DNA of 40,000 nucleotides from NCBI RefSeq assembly GCF_055456355.1, contig NZ_CM144250.1; one strand, 5' to 3'. Shown piece by piece: positions 39,962 to 40,000 of this stretch (position 1 is its first letter; each line of letters starts with the position of its first letter). The notes under the pieces were generated by a model. It saw only the letters and a program-made list of their open reading frames with translations, ran no database searches and was not told where the DNA came from. The position numbers and the translations under genes were made by a program.

Positions 39962-40000
39962 TTATGTGTTTAACAACTCATATTTCTTAATCTTGCGATA
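39962..40000 (-). CDS. ygeV: C-terminal tip of a Fis-type HTH (sigma-54 dependent) regulator, probably YgeV
   Basis: Minus-strand frame ends ...YRKIKKYELLNT*, typical of the Fis-domain recognition helix terminus. Gene order after xdhC supports this. Confidence 0.6.
   Translation of the reverse strand, partial: YRKIKKYELLNT

Noticed and set aside
1-40000. CRISPR arrays, insertion sequences, retrons, phage defence or biosynthetic clusters
   Set aside because: No regularly spaced repeats, transposase or integrase ORFs, reverse transcriptase or defence-like enzymes were recognised on either strand.

Overview
This window is an E. coli/Shigella-type chromosomal segment. It runs from the 3'-truncated ygeA through araE, kduD-kduI, yqeF and yqeG. 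It then crosses a large AT-rich T3SS island and leaves through tRNA-Gly(CCC) (glyU), ygeR, xdhABC and the 3' tip of a Fis-type regulator (probably ygeV). The island (about 7.5-32.5 kb, with flanking genes to about 34.7 kb) is the known E. coli type III secretion system 2 (ETT2), an Inv/Mxi-Spa (SPI-1-like) system, so it is not a previously undescribed system. All structural genes I can recognise are open in this copy: SctD, F, I, J, K, L, U, T, S, R, Q, P, O, N, V, W and C. ETT2 is often eroded, so this is unusual. The observations most worth a second look are: (1) a 59-aa GhoT/OrtT-like membrane toxin candidate with no recognisable antitoxin between eivF and a GH15-like gene; (2) an InvH-like pilotin candidate next to etrA; (3) a putative internal start with a good ribosome-binding site inside epaO, predicting a SctQ-C product; (4) a ToxR/ToxS-like arrangement of yqeI-yqeJ in which yqeJ carries a nonsense codon and an apparent frameshift; (5) a degenerate receiver domain in full-length YgeK; (6) absence of translocon, effector and InvB-like genes; (7) two KdgR-like operators upstream of kduI. 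Family assignments come from recalled sequence patterns, with no database search.
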